Shown: positions 41,090 through 51,048 of the stretch, one piece after another
How positions within the stretch are numbered: position 1 is the stretch's first letter
How the letters are laid out: each line of letters begins with the position of its first letter
Assembly: GCA_965213925.1 (NCBI GenBank)
Contig: OZ243927.1
Location: forward strand, 4,256,001 to 4,320,000
Direction: 5' to 3'
Length of the DNA: 64,000 nucleotides
Source: Trueperaceae bacterium
Lineage (GTDB): Bacteria > Deinococcota > Deinococci > Deinococcales > Trueperaceae
Translations under genes and position numbers: made by a program
Notes under the pieces: model-generated
The model's database searches: none
The model's input: the letters and a program-made list of their open reading frames with translations, nothing else
Told to the model about the DNA's origin: nothing

Positions 41090-42919
41090 CTACCGCCGCT
41101 TCTTCGTATACCCTGCCGGAACGCGCATCCTTCTCTCGGCGTCCCTTGCCGAGAGCATCGCGTTGATCTCTTTGAGTTCGGCGTAGTACTGCTGGAGCTT
41201 GTCAGTGGGCAAATTCGGGTCGGTCAGGTACGAGCTGACCTCTTGCATCCGCTCCAAGAGGCGCTTGCGCTGGTTCTCCTTTTCGCCCGTGAGGTAGAGT
41301 TCGCGTAAGCGTGAGAGCGACTTCTGAAGATGCCCGTCCACGTCAATGCGCATCTCCTCGTCGCGCCGCTCCGCGAAAAGCCGCTCGAAGAGGATGCGCC
41401 CTTCGTCGCGCTCGCGGTAGTGGAGTAAGACGCGCTGGTCGTCGTAGTCTTCAGCCTCACAAATCGCGTGAAATTCGCGCAGGAGGGAGTCGCCTTCGGC
41501 GGGTAGCGACGCCTCGAGCGTCAGCAACCGTTCGCGGAGGCGGTAGGGCTCTAGGAGCAAGAGGGCGATGGTCTCTAACTCGATGACCGCCACCTGCGAC
41601 GTGCTCCCCTGGCGCTGCATCCCTTTGACCTGCGTTTCACTCAAAGTATTACGTCGGCGCGTTCTCGAGCTGACCCACTCGTCTAAACGCGAGCCCTCAA
41701 TCTTCAAGTGGTCGACGACTAAGCGGCGCATCTCGGTGGCGACGGGGTCAAAGACATCGCGCGGTTGTAGCGCGGGTAAAAGGTCTTGCAAGATGGCTTT
41801 TTTGCCCTCCACCGTGTTTCTGTCGTACTTCGCCAACATGCTCTGAAAGCGAAACTCGACTTCGGACACGCCGCCCGAGAGCGCACCCCGAAATTCATCA
41901 ATGAAGCCGCCCAGCACCGCGTCGGCAGGGTCTTTGCCGTGGGGCACGCGCACCGCCCGTACCAAGAACTGCCGCCCGACGGACTGCTCCAAGCCTGATA
42001 AAACCGCCCGCTGCCCCGCCTCGTCCGCGTCGAACGCTAGGAGGAGTTTGGACACGTCTAAGCGGCTCAGTTGCGCGGCTTGTTCGGCGGTCAGGGTTGC
42101 ACCCAAAGCTGCCACCGCGTTTTCAAAGCCCGTCTGATGAAGCGCAATCACGTCCATATACCCTTCAACGACGATACACTCGCCCGAGTCGCGAATGGCG
42201 CTCTTGGCGAGGTCTAAGCCGTAGAGGAGTTCGCCCTTATTAAAAATGTCGGTTTCCGGTGTGTTCATGTACTTAGGCAGCGAGTCGTCCAGTACACGCC
42301 CCGAAAAGCCCACCGTCCGCCCGAGATAGTCCTTGATAGGAAACATGACACGGTTTCGGAACCTATCGTAGCGCCGCCCCGAGCCCGACTCGGCGAGGAG
42401 CCCTGCATCTAAGAGGTCCTGTTCGGGCACGCCTTTATTCAGCGCGTACTTTAAGAGGTTGTCCCAGCCTTCGGGCGCGAAACCGAGTTCGAACGTCTCG
42501 ATACTTTCCGGTGTCAGCCTGCGCTCTAAGAGGTAGTTTTCGGCGACGCCGGGCAAATGGGCGCGGAAGAACTCGAGCGCCACCTTGTTCACGTCGAAGA
42601 GGTCGCGGCGCTTATTAGTCTGCGGCGTGGCGGGCGTGACCTCGACGCCTGCGCGTTGCCCTAAATACGAGAGCGCCTCGTAGAACTGGACGTTCTGCGT
42701 CTGCATCACGAAATCAAAGACGTCGCCCTTCGCCTGACAGCCGAAGCAGTAGTAGAAGCCCTTATCTTGAAGCACGTGAAATGAGGGCGTCTTCTCGCTG
42801 TGAAACGGGCAGAGCCCCTTTAAGCGACCCTTGCCTGACGGTTTGAGGGCAACCGTCTCCCCCACCACCTCGGCGATGTCGAGGCGTTCGCGGATGCGTT
42901 CTTTAGCATCACTGGGCAA
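41090..42919 (-). CDS. dnaG: DNA primase
   Basis: CPFH.EKTPSF...CFGC zinc finger, EGYMDV, FDADEAG, KDPAD TOPRIM motifs. Confidence 0.97.
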   Translation of the reverse strand: MPSDAKERIRERLDIAEVVGETVALKPSGKGRLKGLCPFHSEKTPSFHVLQDKGFYYCFGCQAKGDVFDFVMQTQNVQFYEALSYLGQRAGVEVTPATPQTNKRRDLFDVNKVALEFFRAHLPGVAENYLLERRLTPESIETFELGFAPEGWDNLLKYALNKGVPEQDLLDAGLLAESGSGRRYDRFRNRVMFPIKDYLGRTVGFSGRVLDDSLPKYMNTPETDIFNKGELLYGLDLAKSAIRDSGECIVVEGYMDVIALHQTGFENAVAALGATLTAEQAAQLSRLDVSKLLLAFDADEAGQRAVLSGLEQSVGRQFLVRAVRVPHGKDPADAVLGGFIDEFRGALSGGVSEVEFRFQSMLAKYDRNTVEGKKAILQDLLPALQPRDVFDPVATEMRRLVVDHLKIEGSRLDEWVSSRTRRRNTLSETQVKGMQRQGSTSQVAVIELETIALLLLEPYRLRERLLTLEASLPAEGDSLLREFHAICEAEDYDDQRVLLHYRERDEGRILFERLFAERRDEEMRIDVDGHLQKSLSRLRELYLTGEKENQRKRLLERMQEVSSYLTDPNLPTDKLQQYYAELKEINAMLSARDAERRMRVPAGYTKKRR

Positions 42920-43184
42920 GGGAGGCTCCTAGAGAGGTGAGGGAGGGCGAGACAGGGTGGGAAGAGGCGAGACGAAGTGAGTAGGACATCATAGCATTTT
43001 GGAGTTTAGAAATTTCTCTACTTCACGAAGAGAGAAAGCCGCTTCAGTACACGCTTCACCATGAGAGAAACCCTGAGAACCCCGTCCTCATCGTGTCAAG
43101 GGGGTGAGTCTACAGTTTCACTTACTTGTGTACTACGCTTATTATGTGTAAGTTAGGCTCGAGAGACGATACGGTAAGCATTCA

Positions 43185-44363
43185 TCACGACTTCCCTTCA
43201 GCCGCCCGCGCCACCCGTATGACGGGTTGCCTTAAAAGCGCGAAGAGAATCGCTAACGAAATGAGCGACGCGCCTCCTACGACGTACATTAGCGCCAGCC
43301 CTACCTCATTCGCGAGCGGTTGCGTCGCGATGGGCGAGAGAAATTGCCCCAGGAAAAAGAACAGCGTCAGCCCGCCGAGCGCGCGTCCTTTGAGGCGGTC
43401 GGGTACGCGCTCCGAGAGCCACGTGTTGAGGTTCGGCATCATCAGCCCGAGCCCGACGCCGCCCAAAGCGAGACCCGTCATGATGACGAGGTAGCCGCTA
43501 CCCGCCCCGATCACCATGTAGCCTGCACCCATCACCGCGAGCGACACGACTAAGATAACGATGAAGCCAAAGCGCTTTTGGAATTTGCCGTAAAAGGTCG
43601 AAGCGATAGCACTGAAAACCGTTACGGCGGCGATGGCGAGACCGCTCTGGGTGGCGCTGGCGCTGAGGAGTTGCTCCAAGTAGAAAGGAAGCTGCACGGG
43701 CACGGTGTAAAACACCACTTGCATGACGAGCGCCACCCCGTAGATGATGCTCAGCAGTCGCCACGGGAGGTGTGAAAGAGGTGCGCCACTGCCGCTATCT
43801 GTTTGACGTTCTGGTTCGTACAGCGCGAAGGCGATAAAGGGCAAGAGGACAAAGGCGAAGAGGTAGATGAGAAAGGGAAAGCGCCAACTCAGATCAGCCA
43901 GCACGCCGCCCAAAGATAGAAAGAGGACGCCGCCCAAACTCATAAAGGTCGCTTGCAACCCCAAAAGCTGGGCGCGTTCGTCGCCCTCGTAATAGTCGGT
44001 GAAAAGCGTCGTGACCGTCGTCATGATGCCCGCTACCGCCAGACCTAGAAGCGCACGCCCGGCGAGGAGCGCCCATAGGCTGTCTAGCACAACCCCCGAC
44101 GCGCCTGCAAATCCGTAGAGGACCACCGACACGGTTAAAAGCCCTTTGCGCCCCCAACTATCCGTGAGCACGCCCGCGATAGGCGCACCGATGACGATAA
44201 AGAGCGCGGGCATCGTCAGCACCAAGCGCACCCAATAGTCAGCGCTGGGCACGTCCGAAAAAAACGCCTGAATTGCAGGTAATGAGGGAGAAATCGTCGC
44301 CCCCGACATCACCGTGAGGGTACTCGTTACGAGCAGCGTGCCTTTAATAAGGGCTGGGCGCAT
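43185..44363 (-). CDS. MFS transporter
   Basis: About 12 TM segments; D..GRK motif. Confidence 0.88.
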   Translation of the reverse strand: MRPALIKGTLLVTSTLTVMSGATISPSLPAIQAFFSDVPSADYWVRLVLTMPALFIVIGAPIAGVLTDSWGRKGLLTVSVVLYGFAGASGVVLDSLWALLAGRALLGLAVAGIMTTVTTLFTDYYEGDERAQLLGLQATFMSLGGVLFLSLGGVLADLSWRFPFLIYLFAFVLLPFIAFALYEPERQTDSGSGAPLSHLPWRLLSIIYGVALVMQVVFYTVPVQLPFYLEQLLSASATQSGLAIAAVTVFSAIASTFYGKFQKRFGFIVILVVSLAVMGAGYMVIGAGSGYLVIMTGLALGGVGLGLMMPNLNTWLSERVPDRLKGRALGGLTLFFFLGQFLSPIATQPLANEVGLALMYVVGGASLISLAILFALLRQPVIRVARAAEGKS

Positions 44364-44451
44364 GGCTTCTCCTTGTAAGCTAAGATGACGCAGAGATAGG
44401 TTTCAAATTCGCCCCTGCGCCGCTCGCTCCACCACACTTCACTCGTGCGGC

Positions 44452-44479
44452 GTAGGGGCGATTCATGAATCGCCCCTAC
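44452..44479. repeat. GTAG-type REP palindrome
   Basis: GTAGGGGCG-ATTCATGAAT-CGCCCCTAC; degenerate partner at about 44390-44419. Confidence 0.75.
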
Positions 44480-44483
44480 TGAA

Positions 44484-45026
44484 TTATTTGCCTGCGTCTT
44501 CGGGATAGAGCGGCAGATGCCCGAGCGTGATCACGTCATCGCGCTCATCGCCTTCGGTCAAGACCGCAAAGGTCGCCACGACTTTCCCGCCCATTTCATC
44601 AATCAGCTCGCTCAGCACGCGCAAGGTCTCGCCGGTACTCACCACGTCGTCCACAATGGCGACGCGCTGACCCTCTATCTGCGGCTTGTTCGAGCCGTCA
44701 ATCACTAGATTCTGCGGTTTGCCCGTGGTGATTGAGACGACGCTCTTACTCACCGCATCAATCATGTAAGGCTTCTCCGTTTTGCGAGCGACGACATAAG
44801 GAATGCCTGTGCGTGCACTCATCGCGTGGGCTAAAGGCACCGCTTTAACCTCGGGCGTCACAAACGTGTCCACGTTCTCGGGCATCTGCTTGAGGAGTTC
44901 GTCCGCCGCCGCTTCGGTGAGTTTGGTGTCACCCAAGAGGTTGAGAAGCGCTACGGAGACGTCGCCGACGTTGATGATAGGAAGGTCGCGCTGTTCACTG
45001 CCGATCGTCACGGAATGAGTGGGCAT
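44484..45026 (-). CDS. Purine phosphoribosyltransferase family protein (APRT-like)
   Basis: VARK and [15 protein letters not shown]-binding motif. Confidence 0.85.
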   Translation of the reverse strand: MPTHSVTIGSEQRDLPIINVGDVSVALLNLLGDTKLTEAAADELLKQMPENVDTFVTPEVKAVPLAHAMSARTGIPYVVARKTEKPYMIDAVSKSVVSITTGKPQNLVIDGSNKPQIEGQRVAIVDDVVSTGETLRVLSELIDEMGGKVVATFAVLTEGDERDDVITLGHLPLYPEDAGK

Positions 45027-45120
45027 AAGTAAGGTCTCCTCGAGAGGTTACGTTAGTCATACCACAACCAGTGGAGGGCGTTAGGGACGTTGCGCTTAGC
45101 GAGAGTTTAGAGCGTCTAAG

Positions 45121-45218
45121 AGCAATGAGCAATGAGTTCCAAGCAATGAGTCTAAAGCCTTTCACTCGTTGCTCACCGTACCGTCCAGCTCGACTGGATT
45201 GCTCGGTACTCATTGCTC
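45121..45218. repeat. Heptamer (GAGCAAT) inverted tandem repeat
   Basis: agcaatgagcaatgag...ctcattgct. Confidence 0.7.
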
Positions 45219-45842
45219 CTACAACCTTCTCTCCTTCGCATAGAGCGCCGCTTGCACCCTGTCTTTGACGCCCAACTTGGCGAAAATACTGCTCACATGC
45301 ACTTTGACCGTCTTTTCCGCGATGCCTAAAGCTGACGCGATGCGCTTGTTACTCATGCCTTCAGCGAGATGATTTAAGACCTCACGCTCTCTCGAGGTCA
45401 AACTTCCTAGCGGGTCGTCAAACGGTTGTGCGAGCATCCTCGTCGCTTCTGGGTCGAGCGGCAGTTCACCTCTTAAAGCAGCGCGAAGGGCGTCCGCGAG
45501 CCTATCCGGTCCCGAATGTTTGACCAAAAAACCCGACGCGCCTAGACGAAGAGCCTCACGCAGATAATCCTCTTCTAAAAAGCTCGTCAGCATAAGGACT
45601 TTAGGAGGTGACGCTAAGCTCAAGAGTTTGGGCAGGAGCCGTAATCCGTTCTCGCCGGGGAGTTGCACGTCTAAAAGGACCAGTTCGGGTTGCGTTCTAT
45701 TCACCAACTCGAGCCCAGAAACCGCGTCCCCCGCTTCGCCTACGACTTCGAAGTTTTGCAGTTCCAAAAACGCCTTTAAGCCTTCGCGCACGATAGGGTG
45801 GTCATCCACAATCACGAGGCGGGCGTTGGGGGTCTCAGCCAT
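45219..45842 (-). CDS. NarL/LuxR family response regulator
   Basis: VDDH, LLDV, LTS.E..VL...G.SNK.IA..L.I...TVK.H. Confidence 0.93.
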   Translation of the reverse strand: MAETPNARLVIVDDHPIVREGLKAFLELQNFEVVGEAGDAVSGLELVNRTQPELVLLDVQLPGENGLRLLPKLLSLASPPKVLMLTSFLEEDYLREALRLGASGFLVKHSGPDRLADALRAALRGELPLDPEATRMLAQPFDDPLGSLTSREREVLNHLAEGMSNKRIASALGIAEKTVKVHVSSIFAKLGVKDRVQAALYAKERRL

Positions 45843-46986
45843 TGGGGAGTGTGACCTCGAGGCGCAACCCTTGAGAAGAGGTCAGCTCGAGCCTCCCGCC
45901 GAGCGATTCAGCCCGCATCCTCACGCTTCTGAGTCCGAGCCCATACTCAACCTCTTCAGATAACCCTCGCCCATCGTCCTCGATGCTCAATGTGACCTCT
46001 TGTCCATCTCGCATCAGACGAATCCAAATATTGTTTGCACCCGCGTGTCTGAGCGCGTTATGCAGCGCTTCTTGGGCGACGCGGTAAAGCGCTTCGGCGT
46101 GGCGTTCGCTTAGCGTGAGGGGTTCGGTCTCGAGGTGCACCTTCACCCCCGTCTCTTGCGTGCGCTGCGCCAACCGTGAGAGCGCACTCGGCAAGCCTTG
46201 CGAGAGGTCGGCGGGGCGCAGCACTTCGACCAAGCCGCGCAGTTCGCCTAACGCATGATTCACTAGTTCAGCACCTCTCGCCAAACTTCGTTCCTGCTGC
46301 TCGCCCCGTCCCTCTTGCGCGACCTTGAGAGACAACTCCGCCCCGAAGAGAAGCTGCGCCACCGAGTCGTGCATCTCGGTGGCGAGGCGTTGGCGCTCCT
46401 CCAAGGTCGCCGCGTACCGCGCTTCACGCTCCCGTTCGGCTTGAAGTTTAGAACGCTCGAACGCCGTGCCGAGTTGCCGCCCCACCGTCGTCAAAAAGGC
46501 CAGCGTGTCCGCGTCAAACCGCTCGCGCCCTGCCGCCGCGAGGTTGAGAATCCCGACCGGACCGCTCTGCCCTAAAAGCGGCATACTGGCGTGAATTTCC
46601 AAGCCCTCTTTATCCTCCGTCGCCGCTTCTAAGCGGCTGCAGTGCACGATGTTGACACCTCTATCCAACTTACCTTGCTTAAAGAGCCACTGACAGTCAC
46701 AACTGCCGCCGCAAAGAGGTGCGTTATCGTCGCGGCTCAGCGCGGGCGGCAAGCCCGTTACCGCAGCAACCCGGAAGCTCCCCTGGTGGCTGTCACCCTG
46801 CGAGACGCGGGTTAGAAAGACCCAGCCCGCCTTGAGGTCTAAGAGGTCCACGAGCCGTTTCAAAGCACGCTGAGCCGCCACCGAAAAGTCACCCTCAGCG
46901 TTCAAGATGTCACCGACGGCATTCAGGGTGGAGAGTTCGCTGAGGCGCTGTTCGAGGTTGCGAGCTGATAGGTCCTGTACGTTCAT
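45835..46986 (-). CDS. Soluble GAF sensor histidine kinase (HisKA_3) with Cys-rich GAF
   Basis: LCGGSCDC...HCSRL; EERQRLA.EMHDSVAQ; EAL.NA.RHA; DDGRG; no TM segment. Confidence 0.9.
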   Translation of the reverse strand: MNVQDLSARNLEQRLSELSTLNAVGDILNAEGDFSVAAQRALKRLVDLLDLKAGWVFLTRVSQGDSHQGSFRVAAVTGLPPALSRDDNAPLCGGSCDCQWLFKQGKLDRGVNIVHCSRLEAATEDKEGLEIHASMPLLGQSGPVGILNLAAAGRERFDADTLAFLTTVGRQLGTAFERSKLQAEREREARYAATLEERQRLATEMHDSVAQLLFGAELSLKVAQEGRGEQQERSLARGAELVNHALGELRGLVEVLRPADLSQGLPSALSRLAQRTQETGVKVHLETEPLTLSERHAEALYRVAQEALHNALRHAGANNIWIRLMRDGQEVTLSIEDDGRGLSEEVEYGLGLRSVRMRAESLGGRLELTSSQGLRLEVTLPNG

Positions 46987-47125
46987 GTGGCTCCTGCGGC
47001 GTGAAAGGGGTCAGGGATTAGAATCCAGCCCACACCTTCTACTGTCTACCGAATTCTGACTACTGTCTACTCTTTTTACCAAATTCTGCTACGCTGTCCT
47101 CAATTCAACCTGAAGGAGAACCACC

Positions 47126-48436
47126 ATGCGGCGACTCTCGAGCTTTTTTGTAACCGTGATGCAGCGCTTTTTACCCGACCCCTGGGTGCTGGCGATTATC
47201 CTGAGCCTTATCGTGTACGCTGCGGGACTCCTCTTAACGGGCTCGAATCCTCTGCAGATGGTGACGTTTTGGGGTGACGGGTTCTTCGGGCTTTTAGAGT
47301 TTTCCATGCAGATGGTCCTCATCTTGGTGACGGGCTACGCGCTGGCGAGTACGGCGCTCGTGAAAGGTGGGCTCGAGGCGGTCGCCAAACGCGCCGGGAA
47401 CGCGGGCAACGCGGTCATGATCACAACCGTCTTCGCCGTCGTCGCCAGTTGGCTCAACTGGGGCTTCGGGCTCATCGTCGGGGCGCTTTTAGCTAAAGAG
47501 ATGGCGCGGCAGGTCGAAAACGTGGACTACCGCTTGCTGATTGCGGCGGCGTACAGCGGTTTTTTGGTGTGGCACGCCGGGCTCTCAGGCTCAATCCCTT
47601 TAGTCATCGCTACCGAAGGGCACTTCTTAGCGGAGCAGATGGGCGTCATCCCGACCTCACAGACGATTTTCACGGTGTATAACCTCGTCATCGTTTCCGC
47701 GCTCCTCATCGCGTTGCCGCTCACCAATAGACTGATGCTGCCTGCCGAGGGTGAGCGGGTCGTCGTGGACGCGGCGAAGTTAGAGGAGGACGAGGTAGAC
47801 GCGGACGACCTGCGCGGGACGCCAGCGGAGACGCTCGAGACTACCCCCTGGCTCTCTATAATTATCGGCGTCGGCGGGCTCGCTTACCTCTTCAGCTACT
47901 TCGCGGCGGGCGGCGGGTTGGGGCTCAATATCGTCATTTTCATCTTTTTTATGCTGGGTATCCTCCTGCACGGCACACCGCGCAACTACATCGCCTCATT
48001 CATCGAAGCGGTCAAAGGTAGCTCGGGCATCATCTTGCAGTTCCCCTTCTACGCCGGGATTTTAGGCATGATGGACAGCTCGGGCTTGGTGGACATTATC
48101 GCGGGCTGGTTCGTGGCGGTCTCGACGGCGCAGACGCTGCCCTTCTGGTCGTTTATCAGCGGCGGCGTGGTCAACTTCTTTACGCCTTCGGGCGGCGGGC
48201 AGTGGGCGGTGCAAGGTCCCATCATGATTCAAGCCTCGGAGCAGTTAGGCGCAGACCTCGCCAAAGTCTCGATGGGTGTGGCGTGGGGCGACGCCTGGAG
48301 CAACATGGTACAACCGTTTTGGCTCTTGCCTGCGCTTGGGATTGCCGGGTTAGAAGCGCGGGATGTAATGGGGTTTTGCGTGATGGCGCTGCTTGTTTCG
48401 GGCGTCCTCATCACGTTGGGGTTGCTTATTCTTTGA
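47126..48436 (+). CDS. atoE: Short-chain fatty acid transporter
   Basis: LPDP, NWGFGL, WHAGLSGSIPL, QFPFYAGI, PSGGGQW, MVQPFW. Confidence 0.88.
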   Translation: MRRLSSFFVTVMQRFLPDPWVLAIILSLIVYAAGLLLTGSNPLQMVTFWGDGFFGLLEFSMQMVLILVTGYALASTALVKGGLEAVAKRAGNAGNAVMITTVFAVVASWLNWGFGLIVGALLAKEMARQVENVDYRLLIAAAYSGFLVWHAGLSGSIPLVIATEGHFLAEQMGVIPTSQTIFTVYNLVIVSALLIALPLTNRLMLPAEGERVVVDAAKLEEDEVDADDLRGTPAETLETTPWLSIIIGVGGLAYLFSYFAAGGGLGLNIVIFIFFMLGILLHGTPRNYIASFIEAVKGSSGIILQFPFYAGILGMMDSSGLVDIIAGWFVAVSTAQTLPFWSFISGGVVNFFTPSGGGQWAVQGPIMIQASEQLGADLAKVSMGVAWGDAWSNMVQPFWLLPALGIAGLEARDVMGFCVMALLVSGVLITLGLLIL

Positions 48437-48443
48437 CTTTGAG

Positions 48444-48518
48444 AAGCAATGAGCAATGAGGAACGAGCAATGAGTAAAAACCTTTAGACTCATTGCTCAT
48501 TGCTTTCAACTCATTGCT
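48444..48518. repeat. Heptamer (GAGCAAT) inverted tandem repeat between convergent genes
   Basis: agcaatgagcaatgag...ctcattgctcattgct. Confidence 0.7.
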
Positions 48519-48548
48519 GTTTTGTGCCACTGCTCACGTAATCCCTCT

Positions 48549-49158
48549 TCAAAACGTATCTTCAAGCGAAAGGGCTACGCGGAGCGCTTGACCGAGTTCG
48601 GACAGAGTATCCTCTCCCAAGTTACCTACGTAGTTTGTCAGCACAGATTTTGGCAAGCTGACGAGGGTGTCACAGTGAACGCTCGAGCTGCGCTTTAACC
48701 CCTCGTCAATCCCGACGGCAACTTGCGTGCTCAGCGCGTCATACGGATTCCGTTTAATTCCCTATCACCGAGAAAAGCGTTCGATGATAGTCCATACACT
48801 CGAGTCCGTTTCGCAAGGGCGAAAACTACGTAAATCTTTGTTCCTTCTCGCAGAGAAGCCTTTAGCAGCAGGTCTAGCGGGAGCGGTCCACGCGCGACGC
48901 ATCTGGTCATCGAGTCAGCGTGTTAATAACGGCATGGTACGCCCTGCTAAAGGCTCTTTTCCGCTCGGATTGATTCGCTATGTTAGCGAATCAATCGGAA
49001 TCCTTATCATAGCGTGAATAGACGGGCGCACAGATGACGGTGGAGTAGGCTGAGTCTAGCAGCACCTGACGGCTCACGACCACGTAAACTCGGTAGGCTC
49101 GGGGGTCTTTATCGGGTGTGTTGGGGCGCTTGACGCGGTAGAGGTCCCCGCGCTTCAC
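48549..49158 (-). pseudogene. mazF: MazF/PemK toxin gene interrupted by a family A MITE
   Basis: 5' part MKRGDLYRV...[21 protein letters not shown]; 3' part [31 protein letters not shown]...ALRVALSL. Removing the MITE and one TSD gives a 113-aa ORF. Confidence 0.85.
48742..49006. mobile_element. MITE family A copy 2
   Basis: TACGGATTCCG...CGGAATCCTTA with TSD TCA/TCA. Confidence 0.88.
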
Positions 49159-49178
49159 GGCTGCTCTTGACTCTCCTC

Positions 49179-49406
49179 CTAAAAAACCTGCCCGACAAGG
49201 CTCAGGGTGTCGTGTGCTTCTTCGTTCAGCGCGTCCGCGCTACCCTGCAAGCGTTCCGCGTCACGCGCGTCCCTCTTGGCGCGTTCGCGCTTTTGCACGA
49301 GCTGCCGCGCCGCATCGAGAAAGAAAGCGCTGCGAGACTCGCTCTCCAAAAGCGCGTCGTCAATACGGTTTAGAAGCTTAGCGTCCAAGGTGATACTGGT
49401 TTTCAT
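49179..49406 (-). CDS. Ribbon-helix-helix antitoxin
   Basis: [12 protein letters not shown]......SRS.F; lies upstream of the mazF remnant; leaderless TATACT within a taccgc/gcggta inverted repeat. Confidence 0.82.
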   Translation of the reverse strand: MKTSITLDAKLLNRIDDALLESESRSAFFLDAARQLVQKRERAKRDARDAERLQGSADALNEEAHDTLSLVGQVF

Positions 49407-49445
49407 ACCGCGCAGTATACCAAAGTTTGCGGTACTATTGACCCT

Positions 49446-49817
49446 TCAGGATATGTCTTTATGCCACCACTCGAGCCACTCTCTACACAACCCTTCACGA
49501 TTGAATCTTCCGACGCTCACGCCGTTGACTACGGCTCGCTCTCTCGTCTTCGCGTCGGTGTAATGTGCTTGCCAGTTCACCACCGCCCGCTCAGCCGTCA
49601 CCGCTAAAACCTCAAACGATACGCTGACCTCTTCTTGCTCCGCGATCATCTCTCGCCAATACCTCTCGACCTCTTCACGTCCTCTAAGCGGTTCGCCAAA
49701 AGGATCCTCACGGTAAGAAACGTCCGTACTGAAGAGGTTAGCGGCTGCCTGGGCGTCCCGGTTCTCCCAAGCCTCACCCAGACGCTGCATCCAACTCGCA
49801 AAACTTGCTTCGGTCAC
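49446..49817 (-). CDS. NTF2/SnoaL-like protein
   Basis: AWE.RD.....LF..D..Y...PF..P..GR..V..YW. Confidence 0.82.
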   Translation of the reverse strand: MTEASFASWMQRLGEAWENRDAQAAANLFSTDVSYREDPFGEPLRGREEVERYWREMIAEQEEVSVSFEVLAVTAERAVVNWQAHYTDAKTRERAVVNGVSVGRFNREGLCREWLEWWHKDIS

Positions 49818-50620
49818 GGCTCAATCGCCCTGATGTAACGCTCCGCCGAACGTCGCACCGCGTCTTTCGCGTCCTCTTTCACCACTGCGTCCCACCACGC
49901 ACCGTAGATACGCTCGAAGGCAAGAGGTCGGACGCTCTCGGCGATGTGCTCGACCTTTCTAGCGGGAAGCGGGATGAGGTTGGGATAGCTGTACATGAAG
50001 CTGACGAACGTTCTGTCGGGGATGACTTGGATGATGTCACCTGTAAGAAGAGCGCCGCGTCCGTCTGCGCCGTCAGACCAGTGCAAAACCGTGCCCCCGG
50101 CGAAGTGACCCCCTAAGCGGAGAAGCGTCAAACCGCCGAAGAGGTCTTTTTGTTCGCCGTCCCAGAACTCAATCTCTGGACTAGGGCGCATGACCCACTC
50201 GCGGTCAGCAGCGTGGAGGTAGACCGGGGCGTTAAAAGCTCGAGCATACTCGATCACCGAGCTGTAGTAGTGCGGATGCGAAACCGCAACCCCTTGTACA
50301 CCGCCCAAGTCGTTCAGTGCTGTAACCGTCGCGTCATCAAGCAAGCTGACGCAGTCCCACAAGAGGTTGCCCTCGTCCGTTTGCACCAGAAGCGCCCGCT
50401 GCCCGATGGCGAACTTGGGCTCGGTGCCGACGCCTGTGAGGTTGGACCCCAGCGTCTCGATACGGTTGCGATGGTCTTTTCGCAGTTCGTCCAACGTCGT
50501 CCACTGCTGCCCGCCCTGATTGACGTACTGCCGCTCGTCTTCGCAGATGGGGCAGTGCTCGGGTGGCGCGTCCGTCGCGGCGAACTGCGTGCCGCAAGTG
50601 ATACAGATGAAGTTAGGCAT
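49814..50620 (-). CDS. MBL-fold metallo-hydrolase with N-terminal zinc ribbon
   Basis: CITCG...CPICEDERQY, SHPHYY, GGHF.G, TGD. Confidence 0.85.
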   Translation of the reverse strand: MPNFICITCGTQFAATDAPPEHCPICEDERQYVNQGGQQWTTLDELRKDHRNRIETLGSNLTGVGTEPKFAIGQRALLVQTDEGNLLWDCVSLLDDATVTALNDLGGVQGVAVSHPHYYSSVIEYARAFNAPVYLHAADREWVMRPSPEIEFWDGEQKDLFGGLTLLRLGGHFAGGTVLHWSDGADGRGALLTGDIIQVIPDRTFVSFMYSYPNLIPLPARKVEHIAESVRPLAFERIYGAWWDAVVKEDAKDAVRRSAERYIRAIEP

Positions 50621-50643
50621 TGCTTCTCCTCATAGCGTCAAGC

Positions 50644-51048
50644 TTACCAATGTGCTTGTCCCGCCTCTTTGAGCGCGTGCTCGCGCCAGCAGGTCACCTC
50701 TAAGAAATTCCCGTCAGGGTCGGTGAAGTAGAGCCCGGTGGCGGATTCACGCTTGAGCACGTCGAGGTCTTCCAGCTTAGGCTTGAGTTGTGTCAAAAAG
50801 CTTCTTGGCGCACGAAACGCGAGGTGGGCGGAGAGGTCGAGACCTGTTTTCTCCGCCAATACCTTCGGCGTCTGCTCGGGCGCGAGCGTCAGGTTGAGCG
50901 TTTGACCCGGACCGAAGTTGAGCCAGAGGTAGGAGGAGGTGAGAGGTCTCGAGTCCACCACCCGCATTCCTAAAACGTTGCGGTAAAACGCTACCGACTT
51001 CTCAATATCTGAAACGCAGATCGCCGCATGGTCGAGTCCTTGAATCAC
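50644..51048 (-). CDS. VOC/glyoxalase family protein
   Basis: LDHAAI.V.D...S..FY..VLG, HLAF, YFTDPDGN.LE; GTGA overlap at 51045-51048. Confidence 0.85.
   Translation of the reverse strand: MIQGLDHAAICVSDIEKSVAFYRNVLGMRVVDSRPLTSSYLWLNFGPGQTLNLTLAPEQTPKVLAEKTGLDLSAHLAFRAPRSFLTQLKPKLEDLDVLKRESATGLYFTDPDGNFLEVTCWREHALKEAGQAHW

Noticed and set aside
45121..48518. CRISPR array
   Set aside because: The repeats are 7-mers or MITEs with no repeat-spacer periodicity, and no cas genes are present.
48727..49017. 96-aa ORF (also 26115-26348 and 39957-40184)
   Set aside because: These frames run through MITE sequence.
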